From an uncultured bacterium (GTDB lineage: Bacteria; UBA8481): a stretch of DNA of 37,856 nucleotides. The position numbers were made by a program, and so were the translations under genes. The notes below the pieces were generated by a model. It searched no databases and was not told where the DNA came from. It saw only the letters and a program-made list of their open reading frames with translations. Each line of letters begins with the position of its first letter. Position 1 is the first letter of the stretch. The stretch spans positions 186,001-223,856 of the forward strand of contig CAZCME010000007.1 in the NCBI GenBank assembly GCA_964499705.1, read 5' to 3'. This document shows positions 16,768 through 26,011 of the stretch, piece by piece.

Positions 16768-18093
16768 TCACGCCTTCAGAACGGGATTTCGGGCGGCGGC
16801 GGCTTCGTCCGGCTTGCGGATGGGAGAATTTGTCGGAAGAAGCGAGAGTCGTTCTCCGTCCAATGCGGCAATTTCACGCATCGCCCGGATGAATTCATCC
16901 AGCGTCTCCAGGCTCTCCGTTTCCGTCGGCTCGATCAGGAGCGCTTCGGGGACGAGCAGCGGAAAATAGACCGTCGGAGGATGGATGCCGCGCTCGATGA
17001 GCCCCTTGGCCACGAGATTGGCCGTGATGCCCCGCTCGGCCTTCAACTTCGAAGCCGAGAGGAGACACTCATGAGCGCACGGCATCTCGGAGTAGGGACT
17101 GGGGTACAGGTCCTTGAGAGCGCAGCGGATGTAGTTCGCGGAGATCACGGCATCCTTGGCGGCGCGACGGAGTCCGGCCAAGCCCATCGCCACAATGTAC
17201 GTGTGCGCGCGGACAAGCGCGCCGATATTGCCGCCGAAGGCCATCATGCGGCCGATCGATTTCGAGGGCGTTGTATTCTTCCCTCTGGAGTACACGGGCG
17301 CCGGCAGATATTCCGCCAGCTTCTTCGTGACTCCGACCGGTCCGGCGCCCGGTCCTCCACCGCCATGCGGCACCGCGAACGTCTTGTGCAGATTCACGTG
17401 GCAGACGTCGAAACCCATGGATCCCGGGGAGGCCAGTCCGACGATCGCGTTCAGGTTGGCGCCGTCGTAATACATGAGGCCGCCCGCAGCATGGACAATC
17501 GACGTCACGTCCTCCACGCGCCGCTCGAATAGGCCGAGCGTGTTGGGATTCGTCATCATCATGCCGGCGGTCCGGCTTCCCGCTTTCGACCGCAGGTCAT
17601 CGAGATCGACGCAGCCGTCCGGACCCGTCCTGACCGTGACGACTTCGAATCCGGAACCCTTGGCAGACGCCGGATTCGTTCCATGGGCGGAATCGGGAAT
17701 GAGCATCTCCGTCCGGTCGGTCTGCTTGTTGTCGAGATGGTATTTTCGGATGATGAGGCACCCCGCGAATTCGCCGTGAGCGCCCGCCGCGGGCGAAAGC
17801 GCGAACGCCTCCATGCCGCACAGGAGACTGAGATAGGCGTTCAGTTCGGAAAGGATCCGGCGGAGGCATTCCGCCTGCGGCGACGAGCCGTCGAGTTCGG
17901 AAGGATGGAGATCCCGCAGTCCCGCGAGCGAGACGGCGGCGTCGCAGACCTTGGGATTGTATTTCATCGTGCAGGATCCGAGCGGATAGAACTCCGCGTC
18001 CACCGAGAAATTGAGGCGCGACAGCCGGGTGAAGCGCCGGACGACTTCGAGCTCCGTCCGGTATTCCGGAATGAGGGAGGAATGATCCGTCAC
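16768..18093 (-). CDS. gcvPB: Glycine dehydrogenase (decarboxylating) subunit 2
   Basis: YPLGSCTMKYNPK, PAAGAHGE, PDSAHGTNPAS, YYDGANLNA, HVNLHKTF..PHGGGGPG (PLP lysine), IEPTETES. Confidence 0.96.
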   Translation of the reverse strand: MTDHSSLIPEYRTELEVVRRFTRLSRLNFSVDAEFYPLGSCTMKYNPKVCDAAVSLAGLRDLHPSELDGSSPQAECLRRILSELNAYLSLLCGMEAFALSPAAGAHGEFAGCLIIRKYHLDNKQTDRTEMLIPDSAHGTNPASAKGSGFEVVTVRTGPDGCVDLDDLRSKAGSRTAGMMMTNPNTLGLFERRVEDVTSIVHAAGGLMYYDGANLNAIVGLASPGSMGFDVCHVNLHKTFAVPHGGGGPGAGPVGVTKKLAEYLPAPVYSRGKNTTPSKSIGRMMAFGGNIGALVRAHTYIVAMGLAGLRRAAKDAVISANYIRCALKDLYPSPYSEMPCAHECLLSASKLKAERGITANLVAKGLIERGIHPPTVYFPLLVPEALLIEPTETESLETLDEFIRAMREIAALDGERLSLLPTNSPIRKPDEAAAARNPVLKA

Positions 18094-19271
18094 TGGGTCA
18101 CCGCATGCAGCGTGGCATTGATAAGCTCCGGATATTCCAGCGGGATGCCGTTCTTCTCGCGCGAGACATACTCGTTGAAGATTTCGCCGGAGAAGATGCG
18201 CTTTCCCTTCGAGGCCCGGTCGGCCTTGTTGCGAAGACGGAGCGCTTCGGCGCGCATGCCGTCCATGCCCATCGTCCCGATGTACACCGTCGCCCTCAGG
18301 GTCATAAGCGCCTGGTTGGTGCAGATATTGGAAGTCGCGCGCTCGCGGCGGATATGCTGCTCGCGCGTCTGGAGCGTCAGCACGAACGCGTCCCGGCCCT
18401 CGACGTCGCGCGTGTGCCCCACGATGCGGCCGGGCAACCGGCGCATGAATCGCGATGAGGCGGCGATCAACCCCAGGAACGGGCCGCCGCCGCAGAGAGG
18501 AATCCCGAGAGGCTGCCCCTCCGCCACCGCGATCTCCGCGCCCACTTCCGCCGGCGTCGGCAGGATCGTCACTCCCAGCGGATGAAAGATCTGGATCGGA
18601 ATCGCGCCGGAATTCTTCGCCGCCGCGAACGCGTCCGAGATTTCACGCTCCACGACCCCGAAGACATTCGGCGACTGGATCACGACGCCCAGGGTGTTCT
18701 CGTTCACGTACTTCTCGATCGGCTGGATTCTCCCGGTCGTCATGTCGAAGGGAATCTCCACGATCTTCGCGCCGCGCCCGAGCAGATGCGTCGCCAATAC
18801 TTCCCGGTAAGCCGGACAGACGCTCCGCGCGACCGCCACCTCCGTGCGCGCCGTTTCCGCCATCGCCATCAGCACGGCTTCCACGACCGCGGTCGATCCG
18901 TCGTAGAGGCCAGCGTTGGAGACATCCATCCCCGTCAGGCGGCAGATGCGGGACTGGAACTCGAAGATCGTCGTGAGCGTGCCCTGGGCGCATTCGGGCT
19001 GATACGGCGTGTAGGCCGTCACGAACTCGCCGCGCGACGCGATCGTATTCACGACGGAAGGGATGAAGTAATTGCCGATTCCGAAACCCGAAAGCGGTTC
19101 CCGGATGGGAACGGCGAGGGGTTCGAGATCCGCCATGATCTCCGGTTCCGTCCTCGCATCGAAGATGCTCGGGGAATCCATCCGCACGTGCTGATGCAGT
19201 TCCTGCTCGGCGAGTCCGATCGACGCCAACATGGTCGTGCGGTCCCTGGCGGAAAGGGGAAGAAACTTCAC
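18090..19271 (-). CDS. gcvPA: Glycine dehydrogenase (decarboxylating) subunit 1
   Basis: EFVTAYTPYQPE..QG, FEFQS, SNAGLYDG, GGPFLG, LTLQTREQHIRRERATSNICTNQAL. Confidence 0.95.
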   Translation of the reverse strand: MKFLPLSARDRTTMLASIGLAEQELHQHVRMDSPSIFDARTEPEIMADLEPLAVPIREPLSGFGIGNYFIPSVVNTIASRGEFVTAYTPYQPECAQGTLTTIFEFQSRICRLTGMDVSNAGLYDGSTAVVEAVLMAMAETARTEVAVARSVCPAYREVLATHLLGRGAKIVEIPFDMTTGRIQPIEKYVNENTLGVVIQSPNVFGVVEREISDAFAAAKNSGAIPIQIFHPLGVTILPTPAEVGAEIAVAEGQPLGIPLCGGGPFLGLIAASSRFMRRLPGRIVGHTRDVEGRDAFVLTLQTREQHIRRERATSNICTNQALMTLRATVYIGTMGMDGMRAEALRLRNKADRASKGKRIFSGEIFNEYVSREKNGIPLEYPELINATLHAVTQ

Positions 19272-19282
19272 GAGCGATCTCC

Positions 19283-19657
19283 TCAGCCGATGTGCGCGGA
19301 ATAAGCGTCAGGTGTGAGAAGCTCGCCCGCGGATTCGATCTCGACTTCGAAGAGCCATCCCGCTCCGTAGGGATCGGAATTCACGAGCGCCGGATTGACG
19401 TTCTCGTTTCTCACCGTCACCTTGCCCGTCACGGGAGAATAGATGTCGGAAACGGCCTTCACCGATTCGACCACGCCGACCGCTTCGCCCGCCCTGATGG
19501 TTCTGCCCGGAGCTGGCAGCTCGACGAAGACGATGTCTCCGAGCGCGTGCTGAGCGTGATCCGTGATGCCGACGCGGCCCTTCGATCCGTCCCGCCGGAT
19601 CCACTCGTGTTCTTTCGTGTACATCAGGTCCTTCGGAATATTCGTGCCCGTGCTCAT
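19283..19657 (-). CDS. gcvH: Glycine cleavage system H protein
   Basis: [27 protein letters not shown], lipoyl-lysine motif [18 protein letters not shown]. Confidence 0.97.
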   Translation of the reverse strand: MSTGTNIPKDLMYTKEHEWIRRDGSKGRVGITDHAQHALGDIVFVELPAPGRTIRAGEAVGVVESVKAVSDIYSPVTGKVTVRNENVNPALVNSDPYGAGWLFEVEIESAGELLTPDAYSAHIG

Positions 19658-19760
19658 TCATTCCTCCCGTCGAAGTGGCGCATCAAAAGTACTCGATTCC
19701 TGCACGCCGGGCGTTCTTCCGTCAGATGGGGAATCCATGACTCAAGAGAATTCGGTTCAG

Positions 19761-20792
19761 TCAGGCTTTCTTACGACCCGGCGAGCGGTAGAACGGTAGC
19801 GCAACTTCTTCCGCGATGCAATCCGTACCGCGAATCCGGACGGCATTCGGTCTCGAAGATTTTTCCACAAGGGCAAGAGCGATGCCGCAGTCGAGGAGCG
19901 GGCTGAAAGTCCCGGAAGTGACTTTACCGACAGTACGCCCGGACGCATCGGCAACGGGATAATCGTGGCGGGGAACCGCGCCCTTGGGGAGCTTCAATCC
20001 GGCGCGGCGGCGGGGACCGTCTTTTCTTCGCAGGAGCGCCTCGCGGGCGAGAAAGGATCCCTCCGGTCTGTCGAGATCGACGGCAAAAGCCAGGCCCGTC
20101 TCGTAGGGATCCGTCTCCTCGGAGATGTCCATGCCGTACAGAGGAAGCCCGGCTTCGATGCGCAGGAGATCCCGGACGCCCAGCCCGCAGGGAGCGGCGC
20201 CGTTGTCCATGAGTTTCTTCCAGAGAAGTCCCGCGGATTCCGCGGGCAGGACGAACTCGTAACCATCCTCGCCCGTGTAGCCGGTTCGAGCCACGAGCGT
20301 GACGTCCACGCCGAGCACATTCACGTTGGTCGCGAATCCACGGCGCGGGCAGAGTTCTCCGGCGAGCGAGATCGCTTCCGGCCCCTGCAGAGCGATCATC
20401 GCCAGCTCGAATCGCGGCGTGACATTCCCCAGGGCGGCGACGTCGATTTCCTTGCGCGACGCGTTCAGGACAATATGCCAGAGATCGTCCTTCATCCGGT
20501 AGGCGATGCAGTCATCGATGATGCCGCCATCCGGGTTCATGATGAGCATGTAGCAGCTCTTTCCGAGCGAGATCTTGTCCAGTGGCCTCGACAAGATCCG
20601 CGAGATTCCGGGATCGGATGTGAGGCAGTGGCCCATGTGCGAGACATCGAAGATGCCGCATTTCGTCCTGACCGCCTTGTGCTCGGCGAGGATGCCTTCA
20701 TACTGGATCGGCATGTCGTATCCCGCGAACGGTCCCATCTTGGCTCCCAGGGCGCGGTGCGCATCGGTGAGCGGAGTCTTCTTAATGTCCAT
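19761..20792 (-). CDS. gcvT: Glycine cleavage system aminomethyltransferase T
   Basis: FAGYDMPIQY, FDVSHMG, ALQGP, RTGYTGEDGYE, GLGVRDLLRIEAGLPLYG, VTSGTFSP. Confidence 0.96.
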   Translation of the reverse strand: MDIKKTPLTDAHRALGAKMGPFAGYDMPIQYEGILAEHKAVRTKCGIFDVSHMGHCLTSDPGISRILSRPLDKISLGKSCYMLIMNPDGGIIDDCIAYRMKDDLWHIVLNASRKEIDVAALGNVTPRFELAMIALQGPEAISLAGELCPRRGFATNVNVLGVDVTLVARTGYTGEDGYEFVLPAESAGLLWKKLMDNGAAPCGLGVRDLLRIEAGLPLYGMDISEETDPYETGLAFAVDLDRPEGSFLAREALLRRKDGPRRRAGLKLPKGAVPRHDYPVADASGRTVGKVTSGTFSPLLDCGIALALVEKSSRPNAVRIRGTDCIAEEVALPFYRSPGRKKA

Positions 20793-21216
20793 CGAGTTTC
20801 TTCCTTATCATTTCGTTCAATTGATCGCGGACGCGCCGGTAATCGTCCAGGGTCCCGCCATGCGGATCGGGAACGTCTCCGTCCGCATCACCACCGTGGG
20901 ACCAATCCGACAATGTCCGTATCTTATCCGCCGGCGCATCGAAGTGTAACAGAATCGCCTCGCGGTGATGCGACTCCATGCAGAGTACCGTGTCCGCCCA
21001 ATCGATGAGGTCCTGATCGAGCAATTGCGCGCGGCCGTCGCATGTAAGGCCGGCTTCGCGCATCGCTTCGAGCGCAAAGCGGGCTCGCGCGGAACCCGGC
21101 CAGGCGGCCGTCCCGGCGGAACGCACCTCGTCGCCGGTCGGAAGAAGGCTCCGCATGATCCCTTCCGCCATCGGGCTTCGACAAGTGTTACCGGTGCAGA
21201 CGAGAAGATACTTCAT
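20782..21216 (-). CDS. Low-molecular-weight phosphatase, YwlE-type (protein-arginine phosphatase-like)
   Basis: P-loop VCTGNTCRSPMAE (Thr at the position associated with YwlE-type enzymes), SAGT, DVPDPHGG. Confidence 0.85.
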   Translation of the reverse strand: MKYLLVCTGNTCRSPMAEGIMRSLLPTGDEVRSAGTAAWPGSARARFALEAMREAGLTCDGRAQLLDQDLIDWADTVLCMESHHREAILLHFDAPADKIRTLSDWSHGGDADGDVPDPHGGTLDDYRRVRDQLNEMIRKKLDGH

Positions 21217-22130
21217 GACGGAGGCGCTTTCAGAGCGAGCGCCATCTTGTATGCTTCGCGTTTGGACACGCCCAACACCTTGACGGTTTCGTCCACGGCA
21301 TCCCGCACGGTGGCGCCGCCGGCGATTTCTCTTTTCAGGAATTCCTCGATGTCGAGCGTCGATACCGGCGCCTGCTCCGACGGCGCACCCGCCATCACGA
21401 TGGTGATCTCTCCGCGCCAGTCTTCTCTTTTCGCGGCTTCCGACGGAACCGTCCGGACGATCTCCTCGTGTTCCTTCGTCATTTCGCGGCAGATGACAAC
21501 ATCGCGATCTCCGCAGATTTCGGAGGTGTCCGCCATCAATTCCTGCATGCGGTGCGGCGCTTCGAAGAGAACAATCGTCTCGACGCGACGCTTGATCTCC
21601 TCCAGCGCGCGCCGTCGTGCCGACGCCTTTGCGGGAAGAAATCCCGCGAAGTAGAATCGGTCCGCGCTCATGCCGGACAGAGCCAGAGACGCGGTCACGG
21701 CGGAAGCTCCCGGGAATACCTGGACCTGATAACCGGCCTGCCGAACCTGCTCCACAAGCACGCGGCCCGGATCGGATACGCCGGGCGAGCCGGCATCCGT
21801 GCAGTAGAGAACATCTTCGCCGTTCTCGATGATCCTAATGACTTTCTGCGCGCCCTCCGCCTCATTGGCTTCGCGGACGGAAAGGTAGTGGGTTTCGGCT
21901 TCGGAACCCGCTTGAATTCCGAACAGGGACTTCAAATCGTCCTCCTTCAGGCGGCAGATCAGTTTTCTCGTGACGCGCGTGTCCTCACAGGCAATCCACC
22001 TTGCCGATAAGAGAGCGCGCGCCGCGCGAAGCGTGATGTCTTCCGCCCGCCCGAGAGGCGTCGTGATCACGATGAGTCGTCCCCTCCCATCTTCCCTCGG
22101 CTTATCCTGAACACGCGGCCTCAACATCAT
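21213..22130 (-). CDS. rsmI: 16S rRNA (cytidine1402-2'-O)-methyltransferase
   Basis: TPLG..EDITLRA, ACEDTRVT, DAGSPGVSDPG, PGASA, FAGFLP, FEAPHR, REMTKEHEE, RGEIT. Confidence 0.93.
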   Translation of the reverse strand: MMLRPRVQDKPREDGRGRLIVITTPLGRAEDITLRAARALLSARWIACEDTRVTRKLICRLKEDDLKSLFGIQAGSEAETHYLSVREANEAEGAQKVIRIIENGEDVLYCTDAGSPGVSDPGRVLVEQVRQAGYQVQVFPGASAVTASLALSGMSADRFYFAGFLPAKASARRRALEEIKRRVETIVLFEAPHRMQELMADTSEICGDRDVVICREMTKEHEEIVRTVPSEAAKREDWRGEITIVMAGAPSEQAPVSTLDIEEFLKREIAGGATVRDAVDETVKVLGVSKREAYKMALALKAPPS

Positions 22131-23545
22131 CGCCGTCCTTGCGCCCGAGCCATGTGACCGCGGATCAGAGGATGATCTTTCCTGTCCAGGGCGCGCTGGA
22201 ATGTCGCGATGGCGGCGGATTTATTGCCGTCGCGCCACAGGAGCACACCGAGTGTGTCGAGATAAAAGGGATCGTCGCGATCCACCGTGAGCGCGTAATC
22301 GTTCAGGCGTCGGGCCTTGGCGAGCGAGATGTTAACGTCCGCGTACACAGCCGCCATGGCATTGGCATAACGCGCCCGGGCCACGGGATCGATCCCCGAT
22401 GTGTCGAGCCAATCCGTCAGCAGATCGAAGACGTCTTCCCCCTCCACCCAACGCTTCCGATGAAAGCGCAACGTGCCGAGAATGAGCCGGAATTCCGGCT
22501 CGTCCGGATAGAGCCGCGCCATCGAATCGTACAGCGATTCGGCTTCATCCAGCCGGTTCATGTCCTCCAGGAGCGAACCGACGGAGATCCACGCGACCGT
22601 ATCGTCCACCAGGGCGCGTGCATACCGGCGTGCGGCATGCAGAGCGCCGGTATCGTCATGCATCAGGCGAGCCCGCTCCACGGCCAGTCCCGCCAACACG
22701 GGATTCTGAGGATCGAGCGCGATGGCTTGAACAAGCAGGGCGGCGGCTTCTTCTTCATCAATCCGATCCATGACCCGCAAAAGCGCCAGCGTCGCCGCCG
22801 CGAAGCGCGATGATTCCTCGCTTGTCAGGCCTCCTTGATTTTCCGGCTTCGCGTCGTTCCAGGCGCGCCAGAGTTGTCCGACGGTGGCTTCCGCATCGTC
22901 GTCCGCGGAGGACACGTGCGCGCGAGGGGCCGCAAGCGGAGGAAGAGACGCGATCTGTTCGGCGGCTATCTCAAGGATCGCTTCGTCTTCCGGCCCGAGA
23001 ACGCGTATCGAGCGTGGAAACGCGGCTTCCGTGGTGATGCCGTCAAACCTGTCATAGATGAATCGGGCGCGAAGTTTTCCGCGCGCATCGAAGAGATCCC
23101 GCGAAAGCATGCGCATCGGTCGTCCCGATAACCGAACTCGATACGTGTATCCCGAGCTGACGACATATTGCCATGTCTGGATGCCGCCCTCCGTCTCCGA
23201 CACAAAGACGCGATCCGCCGAAACGGGACTGACGCCGAACAGATCCCATCCCTTCGCGTCCGCGAGAGCACTCAAGATCGAGTCCGAATCGTCATCGTGA
23301 TATTCCAGCATGTAACGCCCGGGAGAAAATCGCGCGTGCAGTTCGAACACCTTTCCGCCCTGAGTCACCAACCTGCCTGCAACCCCGATCGAACCGATAT
23401 CTTTCGTCGCAAGTTCCCATCGATGCAGCATGTCCGGTCCGCGACGACTGGTGCCGGAAAAAGGGAGGGCGCACGCGGAGAGAATCAGAAGGAAGGGGGT
23501 TATTCTCCGACCCCCACGGATGAGGGTATTGCCTCGGGAGTCCAC
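22127..23545 (-). CDS. TPR-containing putative lipoprotein
   Basis: Lipobox-like LSAC, beta-rich N-half, C-terminal TPRs (YLDTLGVLL..G...AIATFQRAL). Start uncertain; GTG 23545 chosen because the longer ORF begins inside an AT-rich repeat element. Confidence 0.7.
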   Translation of the reverse strand: MDSRGNTLIRGGRRITPFLLILSACALPFSGTSRRGPDMLHRWELATKDIGSIGVAGRLVTQGGKVFELHARFSPGRYMLEYHDDDSDSILSALADAKGWDLFGVSPVSADRVFVSETEGGIQTWQYVVSSGYTYRVRLSGRPMRMLSRDLFDARGKLRARFIYDRFDGITTEAAFPRSIRVLGPEDEAILEIAAEQIASLPPLAAPRAHVSSADDDAEATVGQLWRAWNDAKPENQGGLTSEESSRFAAATLALLRVMDRIDEEEAAALLVQAIALDPQNPVLAGLAVERARLMHDDTGALHAARRYARALVDDTVAWISVGSLLEDMNRLDEAESLYDSMARLYPDEPEFRLILGTLRFHRKRWVEGEDVFDLLTDWLDTSGIDPVARARYANAMAAVYADVNISLAKARRLNDYALTVDRDDPFYLDTLGVLLWRDGNKSAAIATFQRALDRKDHPLIRGHMARAQGRR

Positions 23546-23575
23546 GGATGAACGGACAGGCGCGCCTGGGAGCGG

Positions 23576-23671
23576 CCCACATTGCAACATTGAGAATAAC
23601 GATGATATGAATTTGGAGGGACGAAATCTCGCCAAGTCCTTCATTTCGAATGTTGGAATGTTGGAGAATGT
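23576..23671. repeat. Degenerate intergenic inverted repeat built from 8-nt units
   Basis: CCCACATTGCAACATT (23576-23591) pairs at 14/16 positions with AATGTTGGAATGTTGG (23649-23664); unit GAATGTTG repeated, AT-rich spacer. Confidence 0.5.
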
Positions 23672-23674
23672 CCC

Positions 23675-24232
23675 CTAGCGGTTGATCGTCTCGACGACGG
23701 CGCGAATCGTGACGGACGCCAGGGCTTCCGGATCGCGGCGCAATCGCGGCGCATCGTATCGCCCTTCCGCCAGTTTCTGCACGGCGATGTTATTCGCTTC
23801 CAGGGCATCCCGCGCCTGCCAGAGATGTTCGCCTGTTTCCGTGTCCACGAGCCTGATCGAAACGCTGGTGCGGCCTTTCGAATACTCGGAGATGTGACCG
23901 AGAACGACCGCCTGAGCTCCGAGCATCTTTCCGATCCTGATCGCCGCCGCATCATCGATCCTTTCCGGATCGAAATCCTGCTCGCTGAAGAGCTCCTGCA
24001 CCCTGATGCGCTCCACCAGTCTCCAGCGGCCCACGCGGCCCAGCTCGAGATTGGTGATGTCGGTCGCGATATCCGAGGCTCCGCCCTTGAACGGCAGGAC
24101 GGCGACGGTCTTGTCGTTGAAAGCGGCCAGCTTGTTGGAGACGAAAAATCCGCTGACCCGATACGGCGCCACTGGAGCACATGCTGAAAGCAAGATCAAT
24201 CCCAGAACGATCCCCGACAACCGATTCTTCAT
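23675..24232 (-). CDS. CsgG/HfaB-like lipoprotein (short paralog)
   Basis: Lipobox LSAC; VAVLPF, LVERIRVQELFSEQDF, IRIGKMLGAQAVVLG, RLVDTETGE.LW; start ATG 24232 after SD GGAGGT. Confidence 0.8.
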   Translation of the reverse strand: MKNRLSGIVLGLILLSACAPVAPYRVSGFFVSNKLAAFNDKTVAVLPFKGGASDIATDITNLELGRVGRWRLVERIRVQELFSEQDFDPERIDDAAAIRIGKMLGAQAVVLGHISEYSKGRTSVSIRLVDTETGEHLWQARDALEANNIAVQKLAEGRYDAPRLRRDPEALASVTIRAVVETINR

Positions 24233-24272
24233 TGTGAACCTCCCGCAGAGCATCTTTCATCCCTCAACCTAT

Positions 24273-24983
24273 TCATTTCATCGTCTCCACCATATCCGAC
24301 GCGAGGACGGATGTCAGGAGCGTAACATCCTTTCGCAGGCGATCCCACTCGTTGCGCGGCCGGCGTTTCACCAGGAGCGGATCGTCGCCGCGATAATGGT
24401 TTCGCGCCTGCCAGAGAATCTCGCCCGTCTCCGACTCCACCATCCGCATCGTGATTCCCACTTCCGCATGGGGTTGCCGCATCGAAAGAAACGCCACGAG
24501 CGCGGTCACGGTGTTCGCGACGATCGATATCGCGATCGCTTCGGGCGTCTCCGCGGGCGCCAGGACCGGGAAGGCATCCAGGGGCACTTCCGGCGGACGA
24601 TCGGCCACCTTGTAATCCGTCACCGTTCCCAGGATGACGAGCTGCGCGCCCAGCATCCTGCCGATGCGGGCCGCCGTGGTGTCCTCCACGCGCCTCGGGT
24701 CGAAATCCTGCTCGCGGTAGAGCTCCTTCACGCGGAGCCGCTCGATCATCCGGAACCGGTTCGTCATGCCGATCCGGAGGTTCACCTCGTCGGCCACGAG
24801 ATGTTCGGCTCCGAGAAATCCCGCCTTGTTGTCGAAGGGAAGGACCGCGACCGTGGGCGAATCGAGCGACCGAAGCCTGGGGGACACGAATCCGACATCC
24901 GGAGCGGGAGGCCGGGTCGCGCAGGCGGCCGCGAGCAGGAGAAAAGCGGCGAATCCCGGACCGATGTGATATCTCGGCAGCAA
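24273..24983 (-). CDS. CsgG/HfaB-like lipoprotein (long paralog)
   Basis: Lipobox LAAC; VAVLPFDN, IERLRVKELYREQDF, RIGRMLGAQLVILG, RMVESETGEILW. Confidence 0.8.
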   Translation of the reverse strand: MLPRYHIGPGFAAFLLLAAACATRPPAPDVGFVSPRLRSLDSPTVAVLPFDNKAGFLGAEHLVADEVNLRIGMTNRFRMIERLRVKELYREQDFDPRRVEDTTAARIGRMLGAQLVILGTVTDYKVADRPPEVPLDAFPVLAPAETPEAIAISIVANTVTALVAFLSMRQPHAEVGITMRMVESETGEILWQARNHYRGDDPLLVKRRPRNEWDRLRKDVTLLTSVLASDMVETMK

Positions 24984-25082
24984 TGTGAATCCATTATCTC
25001 AAAATTCTTAGACAGGGTCGATGCGGGAAAAGTTTACGACTTTCTCGCCCTTCTTCATTTTTCCACCCTGCCGCGCTGCCCC

Positions 25083-25110
25083 TTGCATTCCGCGCCGCAG
25101 CCTTTAAACT
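25083..25110 (+). promoter_or_regulatory. sigma70-type promoter for argB-argD-argF (leaderless-type)
   Basis: TTGCAT-16 nt-TAAACT, 6 nt before the argB ATG; no SD sequence. Confidence 0.5.
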
Positions 25111-25116
25111 CCGCGC

Positions 25117-26010
25117 ATGCTCGATAAATGCGAAGCCATCATCGAGGCGCTTCCGTATTTCCGGAAGTTCGCCGGCAAGACCATCGTCATCAAGTACGGC
25201 GGCAGCGCCCAGGTGGAACCGGAATTGCGCACGGGGCTCTGCCAGGACCTCGTGCTCATGCAGACCCTCGGTATTCCCACCGTCCTCATCCACGGCGGCG
25301 GACCGGAGATCTCCGGCATGATGAAGCGCCTCGGCAAGACGGCGCAGTTCATCGAGGGACTGCGGGTGACGGACGAGGAGACCGCGGAGATCACGGAAAT
25401 GGTCCTCGTCGGCAAGATCAACAAGGCGCTCGCCGCGGAAATCAATCTTGCAGGCGGGCGGGCAGTCGGCCTCTCCGGCCGGGACGGCAATCTCGTGCGC
25501 GCCGTGAAGGTCAAACCCGTCAGCATCAACGGCGAGGAGTTCGATCTCGGACATGTCGGAACTCCCGAGAAGATCGATCCCACGATCCTGTCCGACCTCC
25601 TCCGGTGCGGCTACATCCCCGTCGTCGCTCCGACCGGCATGGCGCCCGACGGGAAAATGCTCAACATTAACGGCGATACGGTCGCCTCGTACATCGCGGG
25701 CGCGCTGGCGGCGGAAAAGCTCATCTTCCTCACCGATCAGAAAGGCGTGCTGCGGGATGTGAAGGATGCGGACAGCTGCATCTCGCAGTTGACGCTCTCG
25801 GGACTCGAGGCGCTGGAGAGCGAAGGAATCGCGACCGGCGGGATGATCCCCAAGATCCAGGCGGCGCGCATCGCGATCGAATCGGATGTGAAGGGCGTGC
25901 ACATCATCGACGGTCGCATACCGCATTCGATCATCCTCGAGCTCTTTACTTCGGCGGGCGTCGGGACGATGATCACGCGGAACCAGGGGCAGAAAGGCAT
26001 GATGAGCTGA
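25117..26010 (+). CDS. argB: Acetylglutamate kinase
   Basis: EALPYF..F.GKTIVIKYGG, IHGGGPEI, GLRVTD, NINGD, GGMIPK, ELFT..GVGT. Confidence 0.97.
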   Translation: MLDKCEAIIEALPYFRKFAGKTIVIKYGGSAQVEPELRTGLCQDLVLMQTLGIPTVLIHGGGPEISGMMKRLGKTAQFIEGLRVTDEETAEITEMVLVGKINKALAAEINLAGGRAVGLSGRDGNLVRAVKVKPVSINGEEFDLGHVGTPEKIDPTILSDLLRCGYIPVVAPTGMAPDGKMLNINGDTVASYIAGALAAEKLIFLTDQKGVLRDVKDADSCISQLTLSGLEALESEGIATGGMIPKIQAARIAIESDVKGVHIIDGRIPHSIILELFTSAGVGTMITRNQGQKGMMS

Positions 26011-26011
26011 C

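Noticed and set aside
19658-19760. Possible glycine or ZTP riboswitch between gcvT and gcvH
   Set aside because: Only a short CTGACGGAA resemblance to ZTP; the following hairpin and 3' pseudoknot are not evident, and no glycine aptamer core is seen. An Rfam scan would settle it.
23546-23644. Longer start for the TPR protein
   Set aside because: Begins inside the AT-rich repeat element and would put the lipobox about 58 residues from the N-terminus.
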